This document shows positions 26,922 through 36,303 of a stretch of 41,236 nucleotides of DNA, one piece after another; position 1 is the first letter of the stretch, and each line of letters opens with the position of its first letter. The DNA is taken from IMG/VR virus record IMGVR_UViG_3300017989_000204, positions 1 to 41,236 of that record. One strand, given 5' to 3'. Under the pieces are notes generated by a model. That model was not told the origin of the DNA. It did no database searches and saw only the letters and a list, made by a program, of their open reading frames with translations. The DNA comes from a virus (lineage: Duplodnaviria; Caudoviricetes). Made by a program: the position numbers and the translations under genes.

Positions 26922-27106
26922 CAGTTTTCTCCCACGTTCGCAGTCGGATCGGTCATTGAACCCGCCAGCGACAAATCGGTCATCGAACCCGCCAGCGACA
27001 AATCGGTCAGCGTCTTGCCCCTCGGATACTGGATGTCCCGCACGTCGACATCCCAGTAATCACCCAACCAATGAGGCGTGTCACGGTAGCCGATCCGTCC
27101 ATTCAC
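26921..27106 (-). CDS. Small hypothetical protein containing a 27-bp tandem repeat (TDLSLAGSM x2)
   Basis: GTG start overlapping the dehydrogenase stop; repeat at about 26948-27009. Confidence 0.4.
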   Translation of the reverse strand: MNGRIGYRDTPHWLGDYWDVDVRDIQYPRGKTLTDLSLAGSMTDLSLAGSMTDPTANVGEN

Positions 27107-28029
27107 TTCTGCGATGATTCGCACACGGCCCTCCCTTCCAGGCACTCCCAATCCCGCTCAGGCCGAACCTCCAGGTTCTTCATCCATGCCGCCTGCATCA
27201 CCTTGGGATCGACACCATAGTGAATGGCGTACTCGATCATGCCGTTGAGGTCCTTCGGGAAGCACGATCCGCCAAAGCCCCGCAGCTTCCGGCCAGACCC
27301 GTCGTCCGCCGGCATCGGGCCGGGAACCTCCCAGTGGCTCTCGCCCAGCCTCGGATCGTTGCGGACGGCCAAGTGGACCAACTGGCCCCAGTCCACGCCG
27401 ACCGCTTTGCAGACTTGGGCCATCTCGTTTGCGAAACTGACCTTCACGGCCAGGAAGCAGTTGCCCAGATACTTGACCATCTCGGCCGTCGTTGAATCCG
27501 TCCAGTGGATTTCAGCAGCCGGGAATGCCGACCGGAACAGGCCGTGAATCTGCGGATCGAACTCTCCTCCAAGTATCACGCTCTTCTGGTTCGCGTAGTC
27601 TTCCGCCGCCGTTGCTTCCCGCAAGAATTCCGGGTTGAACACCACCTTGATGTTTTTGCGAAACTCGTTGGAATATCTGGTAGTGCCCGGCGGCATCGTG
27701 CTCTTGACAAGCACCTTGATCGGCTTGCCGGCTCTTCCCGCTTCGTGGTTGAGTTGCTCCAACGCCTCCGACACGATGCTGATGTCGACACTGCCGTCCG
27801 GCTTCATCGGAGTTGGGAGGCAGACAAACACAATGTCGTCAGACCGGCGTACCATCTTTTCGGCCCAGTGAGGATCAGCACCGTCGATTGAATCAACCGA
27901 CATCGATCCACGGGTCCAAAGAGACCATCCCTTGGCCACGTCGTAGGTGTACAGCACGGCCACTTCCCGCATCTTGCGGGCCACCGAAGTCCCCACGAAT
28001 CCCTCGCCCACGATTCCAATGCTAGGCAT
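27103..28029 (-). CDS. UDP-glucose/GDP-mannose dehydrogenase family protein (short form)
   Basis: IGIVGEGFVG, VCLPTP, KSTMPPGTT, FNPEFLRE, AEMVKY and GFGGSCFPKD (catalytic Cys); C-terminal UDP-binding domain absent. Confidence 0.9.
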   Translation of the reverse strand: MPSIGIVGEGFVGTSVARKMREVAVLYTYDVAKGWSLWTRGSMSVDSIDGADPHWAEKMVRRSDDIVFVCLPTPMKPDGSVDISIVSEALEQLNHEAGRAGKPIKVLVKSTMPPGTTRYSNEFRKNIKVVFNPEFLREATAAEDYANQKSVILGGEFDPQIHGLFRSAFPAAEIHWTDSTTAEMVKYLGNCFLAVKVSFANEMAQVCKAVGVDWGQLVHLAVRNDPRLGESHWEVPGPMPADDGSGRKLRGFGGSCFPKDLNGMIEYAIHYGVDPKVMQAAWMKNLEVRPERDWECLEGRAVCESSQK

Positions 28030-28837
28030 CGCTTGGTTCTCCCAACTGCTGTGTAGTTCCATCGTCGCTGAACGTCTGCTCGGTCACAGCCGTTCCGTCC
28101 TCTTGCTCCACGGTGATCTTGCCGGCGGTCCGATCCATCTTGCTTCGCCGGAACCGCTGAACCAGCCACATCACCCACTCGCGGAAGTTCGCCGGCTTGG
28201 CCGACGGCTCGGATGCCGTGATGCTGTCCAGGCCGTCGGCGGCCAGCTTGTACCCGGTCTTGCTGGCCGTCGTGGGCGTGACTTCTTCGCCGTCCAATGT
28301 CGCCTTCACGTCGTTTCCAGTAAAGTTCAACTGGTCAGACTTGGCCTTGATCGCATCGACAATCGCATCGACAATAGCCAATGCAGCCGCCGTTGCCAGC
28401 CCGGCATCGCTGATTGCCTGGTCGCAGGCGGCGTTGGCTTCGGCTTGGGAAAGGTTATTGAGTGCGGCAATCAAGGCCGGGATTGTGGCACCGGTGTCGG
28501 TGAGGATGGCGTCGAGAATCACGTCCAGCCGCCCGCCGTCGGCGAGGTCTTGCTGCATCTCGTCGGCGTCGGCGAGGATCGCGTTACGGACATGGCTACT
28601 CATCTCCACCAGAGCCTTCACCGTATCGGAGTCGGCTGGTGAACCGCCAGCTTGCAGGAAGATCGCGTACACATCCGCCGGGTCAGCGATGCTTGCTGAC
28701 TCGTAGAGGCTGGTCACCGTGCCGGACTCAGTGAGTGCCACAACGTCATCGGCCCATGTCGGATCGGTGTCGATCGGCAGGGGTTTGGCGTAGTAGGTGT
28801 TTCCGGTGGGCAAAGTTGCCCGGATGTATTCGCTCAT
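28022..28837 (-). CDS. Hypothetical protein, probably virion structural
   Basis: 271 aa Ala/Asp/Thr-rich protein with helical VDAI repeats. Confidence 0.6.
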   Translation of the reverse strand: MSEYIRATLPTGNTYYAKPLPIDTDPTWADDVVALTESGTVTSLYESASIADPADVYAIFLQAGGSPADSDTVKALVEMSSHVRNAILADADEMQQDLADGGRLDVILDAILTDTGATIPALIAALNNLSQAEANAACDQAISDAGLATAAALAIVDAIVDAIKAKSDQLNFTGNDVKATLDGEEVTPTTASKTGYKLAADGLDSITASEPSAKPANFREWVMWLVQRFRRSKMDRTAGKITVEQEDGTAVTEQTFSDDGTTQQLGEPSDA

Positions 28838-28903
28838 CGTTCACCTCACGCGGCGAGTTGGTCCACGGTTTCCGCCGCTTGGATCGCGGCCTGCTGTTTC
28901 ATG

Positions 28904-29206
28904 TTACTCGGCTTCCAGTTCGGCAATCGCTTCGAGCACGAGCGTCAGTGCTTGAGCCAGCTTAGGCTTGCCAGCAGCAAACCGTTCCTCAGCCAGTGTA
29001 CGGATGTCCGGAATCATCCGCTGATTCGGCTGCCGCACGAAGTCGCCCGTATCGTAGTTGTACGGGATCGTCCGGATCATCGCCCGCATCGGCTGATTGG
29101 GCTGGGCATGAATGTTCAAGGCCACGACGAACCGATCGGGGTACGTCTTTTCTTCGGTGGCCGGGGCGACAACAGGTTCAGCACCTGGGATTCTCGGTAG
29201 ACTCAT
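28904..29206 (-). CDS. Hypothetical protein
   Basis: Start MSLPRIPG, ATGA-coupled to the sulfotransferase stop. Confidence 0.55.
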   Translation of the reverse strand: MSLPRIPGAEPVVAPATEEKTYPDRFVVALNIHAQPNQPMRAMIRTIPYNYDTGDFVRQPNQRMIPDIRTLAEERFAAGKPKLAQALTLVLEAIAELEAE

Positions 29207-29994
29207 TGCTTTCTCCATACTTCTTGACCCGAATAATGTTGAACCAACTGCGGGCCAAGAATCGCAGAGGCGCATTTCGGAACGGGTTGTACAGACGGTC
29301 GAATGTTGTGCAAATCAGGAATCCGATGGACACCAAGGTCGTCTTCCTGGGTCACTTGTTCGACGTTGTTGAAGTTGTGTTGGAACTCGGGCAGTCCGAG
29401 AAACTGATAAATCTCCCGCATCGTCTGGTCGGGAGAGTAAGTCAGTGCATCCATCTCCATGAAGTACAGGCAGTCACCATAGCCTCGTTGGAGGGCGTCC
29501 ACGACACGGTTGTAGGCCAAGCCAACAGGCTGGTCTCGCCGAGTCCATAGTTCGCACCGACCCGCCACAGTCTGGGTGAGGAAATAGTCCTTCTGTTCGA
29601 TGTTCCATTGGGATTGGCCCGTGGACTTTCGCCACAGCTTCTCGAACGACGCGAGAATCTCTGCGATGTCGCGGACGGGGACAATTACCTTGGGTTTCTC
29701 GCCCGTGATGAACTCGGTCACTTCCAGCAGCGATAACCAACCACGACCCTTGTCGACGACAATCCTGTCAGTGTCGTAGTAGGCATTCATTGTGGCGTTC
29801 AGGACCCGCTTCAGTTGGTCATAGTCAACACCGCCCGCTTGATGCTCAATGAGCTTGTCCCATTGATTGCGGATGTTGAACAGCACGTCATGCAGGCCGC
29901 TGGTGGACTTGCTGACGCAAAACTCTGGGTTTTGGGCCAGGATGTTGCACAAGAGCGTACTGCCTGACCTCGGTAATCCACTTATGTAAATCAT
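29203..29994 (-). CDS. Sulfotransferase family protein
   Basis: ISGLPRSGSTLL (5'-PSB loop) and VRD..EILASF (3'-PB); ATGA-coupled to the fibre gene. Confidence 0.88.
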   Translation of the reverse strand: MIYISGLPRSGSTLLCNILAQNPEFCVSKSTSGLHDVLFNIRNQWDKLIEHQAGGVDYDQLKRVLNATMNAYYDTDRIVVDKGRGWLSLLEVTEFITGEKPKVIVPVRDIAEILASFEKLWRKSTGQSQWNIEQKDYFLTQTVAGRCELWTRRDQPVGLAYNRVVDALQRGYGDCLYFMEMDALTYSPDQTMREIYQFLGLPEFQHNFNNVEQVTQEDDLGVHRIPDLHNIRPSVQPVPKCASAILGPQLVQHYSGQEVWRKQ

Positions 29995-31352
29995 GCCGGG
30001 TAACTTACCTCCATTAGACGGACATGGGCACCCCAACGGATGTTTGTTGCAGCCTCGCCCGTCACTTCGATTTTGAGTGCATCGTTTGTATCATCTACGT
30101 CTATGTCTACCGCCCACGCTCCGGGTGAACCGATTGTCAGGTCTGTGCCAATAGTGTCTTCGGCAGCAATAGTTGTAGAGCCTCCATCATTGACAACCAA
30201 GCCGGTACGATGGAACTTCTTGGCATTCGCCATGCCCTGCTCGGCGGCTGTGATAAGAATGTCAAATGCCCATGCCGTATCCGTGGGAATGGTAAGTTGG
30301 TCGTCGTTGCCATCAAGGAACAGTTCCACGTTGGCGGTGGCATCTGTTGTGGCGTTGCGTGCGACCAAATCGCTTTGTTGGCAATCACCCTGAGCCGCAA
30401 ATTCTCCGGCTGCATAGGCTCGTTGGCCGTACTTATCAGCTAAGGCATCTCGGCCACCTGGGACGGTGCTGCAATAGCCGCTGGCTTCGTTGTTACTGCC
30501 GCCGCCGACGGTGCTGTAATTGCCACTGGCTGTGTTGCCATTGCCAAACCCACCGCCGCCGCCTACGGTGCTCCAAGCGCCGCTGGCTGTGTTGGTATAG
30601 CCGCCGCCTACGGTGCTGTAATAGTTGCTGGCTTCGTTGTTACTGCCGCCGCCGACGGTGCTGTACTCGCCACTGGCTGTGTTGCCACCGCCGCCGCCAA
30701 CGGTGCTATTATAGCTGCTGGCTTCGTTGCCACCGCCGCCGCCAACGGTGCTATTATAGTCGCTGGCTGTGTTGCTATTGCCGCCGCCAACAACAGAATA
30801 ATTTCCACTGGCAACTTCATCAGCATTGGCCCGACTAAGCTGCATGTCAACAGCATAGTCGCCACGGGCGTCCGCAGTAGCATCATCGTCAGCTACAAAC
30901 GCCCCGGTGCCGTTTGGCGAGACCACCATGTTGCCGTTGACAGTGGTGGTGTAGATTTTGTGTGTCTGAACATCCAAGTCGCCGCCAAGTTGCGGTGCAG
31001 CCTTTTGGACTTGCTCGGCGTTGACGACGTTGCCTAGTCCAACATCGGACTTGGAAACGCTGTGCGGGTTGCCAGTGGCTACCGTGGAGTGCGTATAGGC
31101 AGCTAGAGCTTCAGCAGCAGTGACCGCATTGCCACCGCCTTCGTCCAGCATGGTATCGGTGTTCTGCGTATGCGACGCACTGTCCAGCGTGTTGATCTGG
31201 CTCTGGATCGCGGAGGTCACGCCGGACACATAGCCCAACTCCGTAGGAGTGACACCGCCGACATTCTTACCGTTTACGTCAAGATTGCCGCCGAGTTGTG
31301 GCGTGGTGTCTTCGACAAGCTCAGTCAGGAAATTACCGTTGACAGTTCCCAT
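29991..31352 (-). CDS. Tail fibre/adhesin-like protein with 15-aa GGGxxNxASxxxSTV repeats
   Basis: DTTPQLGGNLDVNG motif twice, KSDVGLGNV fibre motif, about 8 beta-roll-like repeats. Confidence 0.7.
   Translation of the reverse strand: MGTVNGNFLTELVEDTTPQLGGNLDVNGKNVGGVTPTELGYVSGVTSAIQSQINTLDSASHTQNTDTMLDEGGGNAVTAAEALAAYTHSTVATGNPHSVSKSDVGLGNVVNAEQVQKAAPQLGGDLDVQTHKIYTTTVNGNMVVSPNGTGAFVADDDATADARGDYAVDMQLSRANADEVASGNYSVVGGGNSNTASDYNSTVGGGGGNEASSYNSTVGGGGGNTASGEYSTVGGGSNNEASNYYSTVGGGYTNTASGAWSTVGGGGGFGNGNTASGNYSTVGGGSNNEASGYCSTVPGGRDALADKYGQRAYAAGEFAAQGDCQQSDLVARNATTDATANVELFLDGNDDQLTIPTDTAWAFDILITAAEQGMANAKKFHRTGLVVNDGGSTTIAAEDTIGTDLTIGSPGAWAVDIDVDDTNDALKIEVTGEAATNIRWGAHVRLMEVSYPA
30455..30812. 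repeat. Coding tandem repeat with about 45-bp period
   Basis: Repeated ccgccgcc..acggtgct..gctggct units encoding STVGGG..N.AS. Confidence 0.85.
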
Positions 31353-31551
31353 TTGGAACTCCTATCTTCATGGCGTTTATGCCATCATTCTTAAATCAGC
31401 CTGCCGCTGCTCTCGCCGCTCCGTCGGCCCCGGCGGCAACGGGCGTTGTTCTCGTTCACACCACACCCGGATCGCTGCCATCGCACCGTAGCACGTCAGC
31501 AGCGTGTTCAGGAATGATGTGAGCGTGCCGGTCATTTCAACTTCCAATTCG

Positions 31552-31899
31552 TCATTGGCCGTTGTTCTTCCTCAGCGTTGTGATCATCACGTCAAGCTGC
31601 GAATGCACCCGAGCCATGTCCCGCTCGAATCCCTTGACCAAGTTGTCCAACTCGGTGCTGAGCCGTGCCCGGTCCTCCTCGAGCATCCGAATCCGCTTGT
31701 TGTGGTCGATCAAAGTTGAAGAATGAGTACAGATAGTCTGGTGGTTTTGCCGGATGCGTTCGTGGGCGACCGACCTGTCAGTTCCGAACCAGTACGCCGT
31801 AGACGTGACGGCAATGGCCAATGTCGTCATCCAGGTAGCAACAGCCACCACGACTTTTGCCCACGCGCTTGAGTTCTTTATCTGGTCTACTACCATCAT
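31552..31899 (-). CDS. Membrane protein with coiled coil (lysis-cluster-like)
   Basis: N-terminal TM segment (AKVVVAVATWMTTLAIAV) then heptads. Confidence 0.55.
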   Translation of the reverse strand: MMVVDQIKNSSAWAKVVVAVATWMTTLAIAVTSTAYWFGTDRSVAHERIRQNHQTICTHSSTLIDHNKRIRMLEEDRARLSTELDNLVKGFERDMARVHSQLDVMITTLRKNNGQ

Positions 31900-32135
31900 G
31901 GGCTGCTCCCGATCTGCGATTCGAGTGATGTCACCCGTTCGTCGAGTTCTCCGATCATCTCCCGCGCCCTTTCGTCCACCACAAGTTCTCCAGCAAACGC
32001 CTCGTAGTTGCCGGACAGATCCTCGAAGCACTTGTCCCAACCATGAATTTCGCCGAAGATGTATCCCGTGAAGAACGCCAAAGCCATGATGAACAGCGAT
32101 GCCACGACTCCCAAGCCGATGAACAATGATCTCAT
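31896..32135 (-). CDS. Small membrane protein
   Basis: MRSLFIGLGVVASLFIMALAFF hydrophobic segment. Confidence 0.55.
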   Translation of the reverse strand: MRSLFIGLGVVASLFIMALAFFTGYIFGEIHGWDKCFEDLSGNYEAFAGELVVDERAREMIGELDERVTSLESQIGSSP

Positions 32136-32136
32136 C

Positions 32137-32580
32137 TCACCCACCTCCATAAGTGTTATGTTCGCCATAAGCCCCACCACCGTATCCGCCGTATCCCCCG
32201 TAGCCACCATACCCGCCGAACTGCAACGGATTGGATGTCATGGCTCTCAACACGGCGTGGCCGGCAGCCAGGGCCATCCCGATGCCGGCGACCGCTTGCG
32301 GATTCTGCGACACCCACTGCTGCTGGAAAAACGCGAGCAGAGCCAGCACGATGGCAACGGCAGCCAGCCACATCGTCTTGCTTGCCCACCACGGCTTCGG
32401 CCGTTTCTTTTCGACCAATCCAAAGCACCATCCCGCCCAATACTGTTCGATGTTTTCTGTTGGCTCGGGCGACGACTCGCTGTATTCATCGATCCACCGG
32501 CCTTCCCGGTACGCGCCATAGCCCGTCCAGAACTCTGGAGGATTCTCCCGGCTGCATGGGTCTTGTCTTGGCTTCATCAT
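32137..32580 (-). CDS. Holin-like membrane protein with GGY-repeat tail
   Basis: KPWWASKTMW plus two TM segments and VLRAMTSNPL; C-terminal GGYGGYGGY. Confidence 0.5.
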   Translation of the reverse strand: MMKPRQDPCSRENPPEFWTGYGAYREGRWIDEYSESSPEPTENIEQYWAGWCFGLVEKKRPKPWWASKTMWLAAVAIVLALLAFFQQQWVSQNPQAVAGIGMALAAGHAVLRAMTSNPLQFGGYGGYGGYGGYGGGAYGEHNTYGGG

Positions 32581-32585
32581 GCCAG

Positions 32586-32849
32586 CTACTCAGCCTCTTG
32601 GAAAAACACCCGTGTTCCGTCAAAGGCCACGGCTGTCGGAAGTTCCAGTTTCGGGTGATACAAAACAACAGCAGCCTCAACTCCACTCGCCGGAAACGAA
32701 TACACTGCGAATTGGTAGTTTCCCTTCAAGTCAAACCAGATGCCGTTACATTGATTACTTGTGTGTACTGCAACATCCTCAATCATCCAATCGGCAGCAA
32801 TGGCCAATAGGATGATCAGCACGATCAAGAGCTTGAAGCAGTTTGCCAT
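32586..32849 (-). CDS. Hypothetical secreted/membrane protein
   Basis: Hydrophobic N-terminus LLIVLIILLAIAA. Confidence 0.45.
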   Translation of the reverse strand: MANCFKLLIVLIILLAIAADWMIEDVAVHTSNQCNGIWFDLKGNYQFAVYSFPASGVEAAVVLYHPKLELPTAVAFDGTRVFFQEAE

Positions 32850-32850
32850 G

Positions 32851-33006
32851 CTACAGCCCTTTCGGCTGAATCAACCACCAATAGGCCAACTCCAACAACT
32901 CGCACAGCTTCCAAATGCCCAACGGCCACAGGATCAAGGAACCAACAACCAACGCATCGATCATGTGCCCCAGGATGTCCATGAGCCGTCCGTACATTTC
33001 GTTCAT
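32851..33006 (-). CDS. 51-aa membrane peptide (MNEMYGRLMDILGHMIDALVVGSLILWPLGIWKLCELLELAYWWLIQPKGL)
   Basis: Below the ORF-track cutoff; ATGA-coupled to the upstream stop and ends adjacent to the next start. Confidence 0.5.
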   Translation of the reverse strand: MNEMYGRLMDILGHMIDALVVGSLILWPLGIWKLCELLELAYWWLIQPKGL

Positions 33007-33371
33007 GATTCCAACTCGTTCATAGCTTCACAGGCCATGTCCGTCCAGAAGACTTCCGCCGCAACCCGGACGTCCGATCCTTCGCTGTTCTTCCACTGCC
33101 ACCATATCCAGATGATCTGAATGGCCAAGCTGATCAGGGCGATCAAGATCAACGGGTTGCCAACTTTGTGAACCCGGCAGCGTGTCATGACCTGCCGCTT
33201 CAGAGCCTCCCGGGCATCCTTCTCGCTCCGGGCCGTCCACAGGGCCGGGTCGGTCAACACACAAGCTGCGATCACCTTCCTCTTCGTTTCCTCCCTGCAA
33301 GGGAACCACCGCAGCCTTGCGTTGTGGGCCAGCAAACTGTTCTGGAACATCCTCAGGTTTGTGGCCATCAT
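33003..33371 (-). CDS. Membrane protein
   Basis: GNPLILIALISLAIQIIWIWW TM segment; ATGA-coupled. Confidence 0.55.
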   Translation of the reverse strand: MMATNLRMFQNSLLAHNARLRWFPCREETKRKVIAACVLTDPALWTARSEKDAREALKRQVMTRCRVHKVGNPLILIALISLAIQIIWIWWQWKNSEGSDVRVAAEVFWTDMACEAMNELES

Positions 33372-33556
33372 TTGCCTCCCCTCGTAACGAAGGCCGTGAC
33401 TGCCGACGTGAACCCAACCACCCCGGCCGACAGCAGCAGCTTCCAGGCCACCGCCGACCTGATCCAATCACCCGTCCACACCGCAGCCAGCCCGAGACCT
33501 CCCCCGATCAGCAATCCGACCAACGCCGCGATGTGGATGTGCTTGCGGGACATCAT
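33368..33556 (-). CDS. Small two-TM membrane protein
   Basis: IAALVGLLIGGGLGLAAVW and LLLSAGVVGFTSAVTAFV. Confidence 0.55.
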   Translation of the reverse strand: MMSRKHIHIAALVGLLIGGGLGLAAVWTGDWIRSAVAWKLLLSAGVVGFTSAVTAFVTRGGK

Positions 33557-34230
33557 CGCCACCTCCGGAACAGACGGAACCGACGCACCCTTGGCCGGCA
33601 CGTGCCGCTGCTGTAATTGGCCGGGGACGCTTGCCGCTTTGGTTTGGCAGCCGGCACGAGCGGACACTGGCCGTCGGGGCAAGCCGCTTGATCATCCGGG
33701 ACAGCCGGCGGATCTGGCTCGACGAAGGGCGGATCGGGCAGGTGCTCCCCGTCCTGGTTCTGATAGTTCTTCAGGTCCTGTTGCAGCAACCGAAAGCCCT
33801 CCGGGCACAGCGGAACACCGGGACTGCCGGCGGCACATTCATCGCACAACTTGCGGTGCTTGTCGAACAGGGGCGTGGGGATGCTCATGGCAGGTTCGCA
33901 GACCCGCCGGCGCTTGTGCTGCTCGACGATCTCCTCTGCCTCTTCGATGTCCTCGTCGCTGATGATGTTCGCCGCCGCCTTGATGCCCTTCGCCAGCTTC
34001 ACGCCGAACTCCGCCAGATTGCACGCCTTGCGGTACAGATCGACGATGCCCTCCGGATTGCCAACCTCCACCCGATCGTCTCCCATAGCATCCGAATCAG
34101 CGGCAGGAACGTCCGAAGCGACAGCGGGCTGGTCCACGGGCTGGATGTCCCACGATGCTGCCCAATAGCCGGCCAGCCCGGCAATGACCAACAGCGCAAA
34201 CAACTCGACTCCACCGATTCGATCGTTCAT
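33553..34230 (-). CDS. Membrane-anchored protein with CPDGQCP and RRFRLFRR tail
   Basis: Start MNDRIGG (ATGA overlap); N-terminal TM segment; Cys clusters. Confidence 0.6.
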   Translation of the reverse strand: MNDRIGGVELFALLVIAGLAGYWAASWDIQPVDQPAVASDVPAADSDAMGDDRVEVGNPEGIVDLYRKACNLAEFGVKLAKGIKAAANIISDEDIEEAEEIVEQHKRRRVCEPAMSIPTPLFDKHRKLCDECAAGSPGVPLCPEGFRLLQQDLKNYQNQDGEHLPDPPFVEPDPPAVPDDQAACPDGQCPLVPAAKPKRQASPANYSSGTCRPRVRRFRLFRRWR

Positions 34231-34937
34231 TGCAAACTCCTTTCGGAGACAACCCGCAGTGCCCATGCACCATATCTCCAATTGATCTGGCCCCAAGACA
34301 CCCAGATTCCCATCCCGTTCTGTCCCCAGGTGGTCCCCCACGAGTTCGGGCCAAATGGGCCTTCCGGCCTGTACTCCGTCCCACAGACCGCGTGGCCCCT
34401 GGCACCATAAACCACGATGAACCCACGAAGGACGGCCGAGACGAACTCCTCGATCGTCTGGATGTCAAACACCTCGACTGCCCGGAAGTTCATCGCCGCT
34501 TCATAGGCCTCACGAGACGGCTTCCTCTGCCAGCCCTTCGACCGGGGCCAAACTTCCATCGGAGCACACCCATGCTCCTGAACGAAACGCAGGTTCTGGT
34601 CGATCGAGGAGCCAGCGTCCCGCCCGCCAGAGGTGGTGTAGTAGATGAACCACGGATTCAGCGGGACGTGGGGTAGACCGGAAACACGGGCACATGTCCT
34701 GAGTGCCTGAGCCGTGGCTTCCGTTGCACAGCTTCCCACGCCGTCCTGGTCGAGAATCATCGGAACGAACGGCGTCACCTTGTTCTTTCGGGAAAGGGAC
34801 TCCCACTGATTTTGAGGAACAAGCTCGATGCGTTCCTCTGCCAACGGGAACCACTCACCAGGGCGGCTGACCCTGGGCAAGCATCCGGTTTTCTTCCCTG
34901 GCGGAACGACGTGATAGATGCCGTTGTCGATTCTCAT
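34227..34937 (-). CDS. Papain-like cysteine peptidase (C1 family)
   Basis: DQDGVGSCA (Gln, Cys), GHAV (His) and NSWGTTWGQNG (Asn). Confidence 0.88.
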   Translation of the reverse strand: MRIDNGIYHVVPPGKKTGCLPRVSRPGEWFPLAEERIELVPQNQWESLSRKNKVTPFVPMILDQDGVGSCATEATAQALRTCARVSGLPHVPLNPWFIYYTTSGGRDAGSSIDQNLRFVQEHGCAPMEVWPRSKGWQRKPSREAYEAAMNFRAVEVFDIQTIEEFVSAVLRGFIVVYGARGHAVCGTEYRPEGPFGPNSWGTTWGQNGMGIWVSWGQINWRYGAWALRVVSERSLQ

Positions 34938-34939
34938 GC

Positions 34940-35332
34940 CTACCCCCCTGCACTTTTGATTGCCTGGATCGTGTCGGCCACGTTCTTCGGCATCGGAGTG
35001 ACTTTGATCACTTCTCCGTAGTTGGCTTTTCCCACCACCAGGGCCGGCACATCGCCTTCGGCCGCATCTGCATAGGGCTTGGTTTGCTCGCTCGTCTCAT
35101 CGTGGTCGATGGCCCGGAACGTGTGCCCCTTCGCTTCGCAGTATTGCCTCACGTCTTCCGACAGGATGATCGTGGCCAACCATGTCGGCCGATCCCCGGA
35201 TTCCTCCACGACGATCGCCGTCCTCGCACCCGGAGCAACACCACCGCCGGCAAACTGGCCCATGTTCCGGACGACCAGCATCGCCAAGCAGAACACGACC
35301 AACGCAAACTGGATGGCCCGTCGGTTACTCAT
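34940..35332 (-). CDS. Membrane-anchored protein, possibly thioredoxin-like fold without CxxC
   Basis: N-terminal TM segment; IVVEES...VPALVV...PMP pattern. Confidence 0.5.
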   Translation of the reverse strand: MSNRRAIQFALVVFCLAMLVVRNMGQFAGGGVAPGARTAIVVEESGDRPTWLATIILSEDVRQYCEAKGHTFRAIDHDETSEQTKPYADAAEGDVPALVVGKANYGEVIKVTPMPKNVADTIQAIKSAGG

Positions 35333-35586
35333 GACACCCCTCCCCTGTTTGCGTCAATCCAAGCCTGGACCTGTGTGGCGATTCCCTTGCCAAGCATCAC
35401 CGGCCAGCCAGCCGTCAGCACCAACGTGTTACGGACGACCCGTAAGAACCCGGCGGCCCCTTTGTATGGCCACCAATGCTGATTTTGACGGGCCGCTGCC
35501 ACGGTGTAGGTTGCCAGCGTGATCAGGAACGCCAGCACCGTGACGGCCAGATAGGTCTCGGCGACGTACAGCATGAGCCGGATCAT
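35329..35586 (-). CDS. Small membrane protein
   Basis: Hydrophobic segments; coupled to neighbours. Confidence 0.5.
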   Translation of the reverse strand: MIRLMLYVAETYLAVTVLAFLITLATYTVAAARQNQHWWPYKGAAGFLRVVRNTLVLTAGWPVMLGKGIATQVQAWIDANRGGVS

Positions 35587-35864
35587 TGGACCTTCTCCTT
35601 GGGCACCGGATGGACGATGGCCTGCAAAGCGGACTCGGCAGCACCGGCCAGATTCTCCGCCGTCTCGCCCTGCCCGCTGGCGGCTGCCTGTTCCTGAAGA
35701 TCGATGATCTCGTTCAACAAGCCATGAGAATCGACAGCGCCCGGCTTTGTCTTGGCACTCTTGTTTTCCGCCACCTTGCTGAACGCCTTGGACACTTGCG
35801 GCCAGAGCATCGTCAAGACCAGCACGGCGACCACACCAATCAGAATGTAGTCAGTCATTGCCAT
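35583..35864 (-). CDS. Membrane-anchored protein
   Basis: YILIGVVAVLVLTMLWP TM segment; AGGAGG RBS. Confidence 0.6.
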   Translation of the reverse strand: MAMTDYILIGVVAVLVLTMLWPQVSKAFSKVAENKSAKTKPGAVDSHGLLNEIIDLQEQAAASGQGETAENLAGAAESALQAIVHPVPKEKVQ

Positions 35865-36019
35865 GGAAGAATCCTCCTAATGATGGAATAGAGGGCCGAA
35901 AGCCCACGCCATGCCTTCAATGCCCGCAGCTTTGCCAATCGCCACTGGGCCTCCACCCAGGCAACTACCACAAACAGCAAAACGAGGATGATGGACCACT
36001 GGGCGAGTTCGTTGAGCAT
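35855..36019 (-). CDS. Small membrane protein
   Basis: MLNELAQWSIILVLLFVVVAW. Confidence 0.45.
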   Translation of the reverse strand: MLNELAQWSIILVLLFVVVAWVEAQWRLAKLRALKAWRGLSALYSIIRRILPWQ

Positions 36020-36021
36020 GA

Positions 36022-36279
36022 TCACCTGCACAACAGCCGACGCACCGGCCGTCTGGCCAGCAACCGCCTCACGGGCTGCCGCTCGCGAAGGAACGTCCTC
36101 ACGGGCTGCCGCTCCCTCACGGCATGAACTACCCTGCGGACGGGTTGGACAGCGGCAGCTGCCACGGAACGTGCGGGGCTGACTTCCACGGCACACCCGG
36201 CAGACCCGCATTGGGCCTGGGCTTCACCGCACCACAAGATCGCCGCAACTGCTGCCGATGCCAATGCAAAACTCTTCAT
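36022..36279 (-). CDS. Secreted small protein with RQPVR repeats
   Basis: Signal peptide, CxxxxC, then QPVRR/RERQPVR repeats; GGAGG RBS. Confidence 0.65.
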   Translation of the reverse strand: MKSFALASAAVAAILWCGEAQAQCGSAGCAVEVSPARSVAAAAVQPVRRVVHAVRERQPVRTFLRERQPVRRLLARRPVRRLLCR

Positions 36280-36303
36280 CGCTCGTCCTCCTGCTGGGGT
36301 TTG

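Noticed and set aside
29991-31352. Diversity-generating retroelement target in the fibre gene
   Set aside because: No reverse transcriptase and no TR/VR pair differing at adenines was seen; the repeats are ordinary coding tandem repeats.
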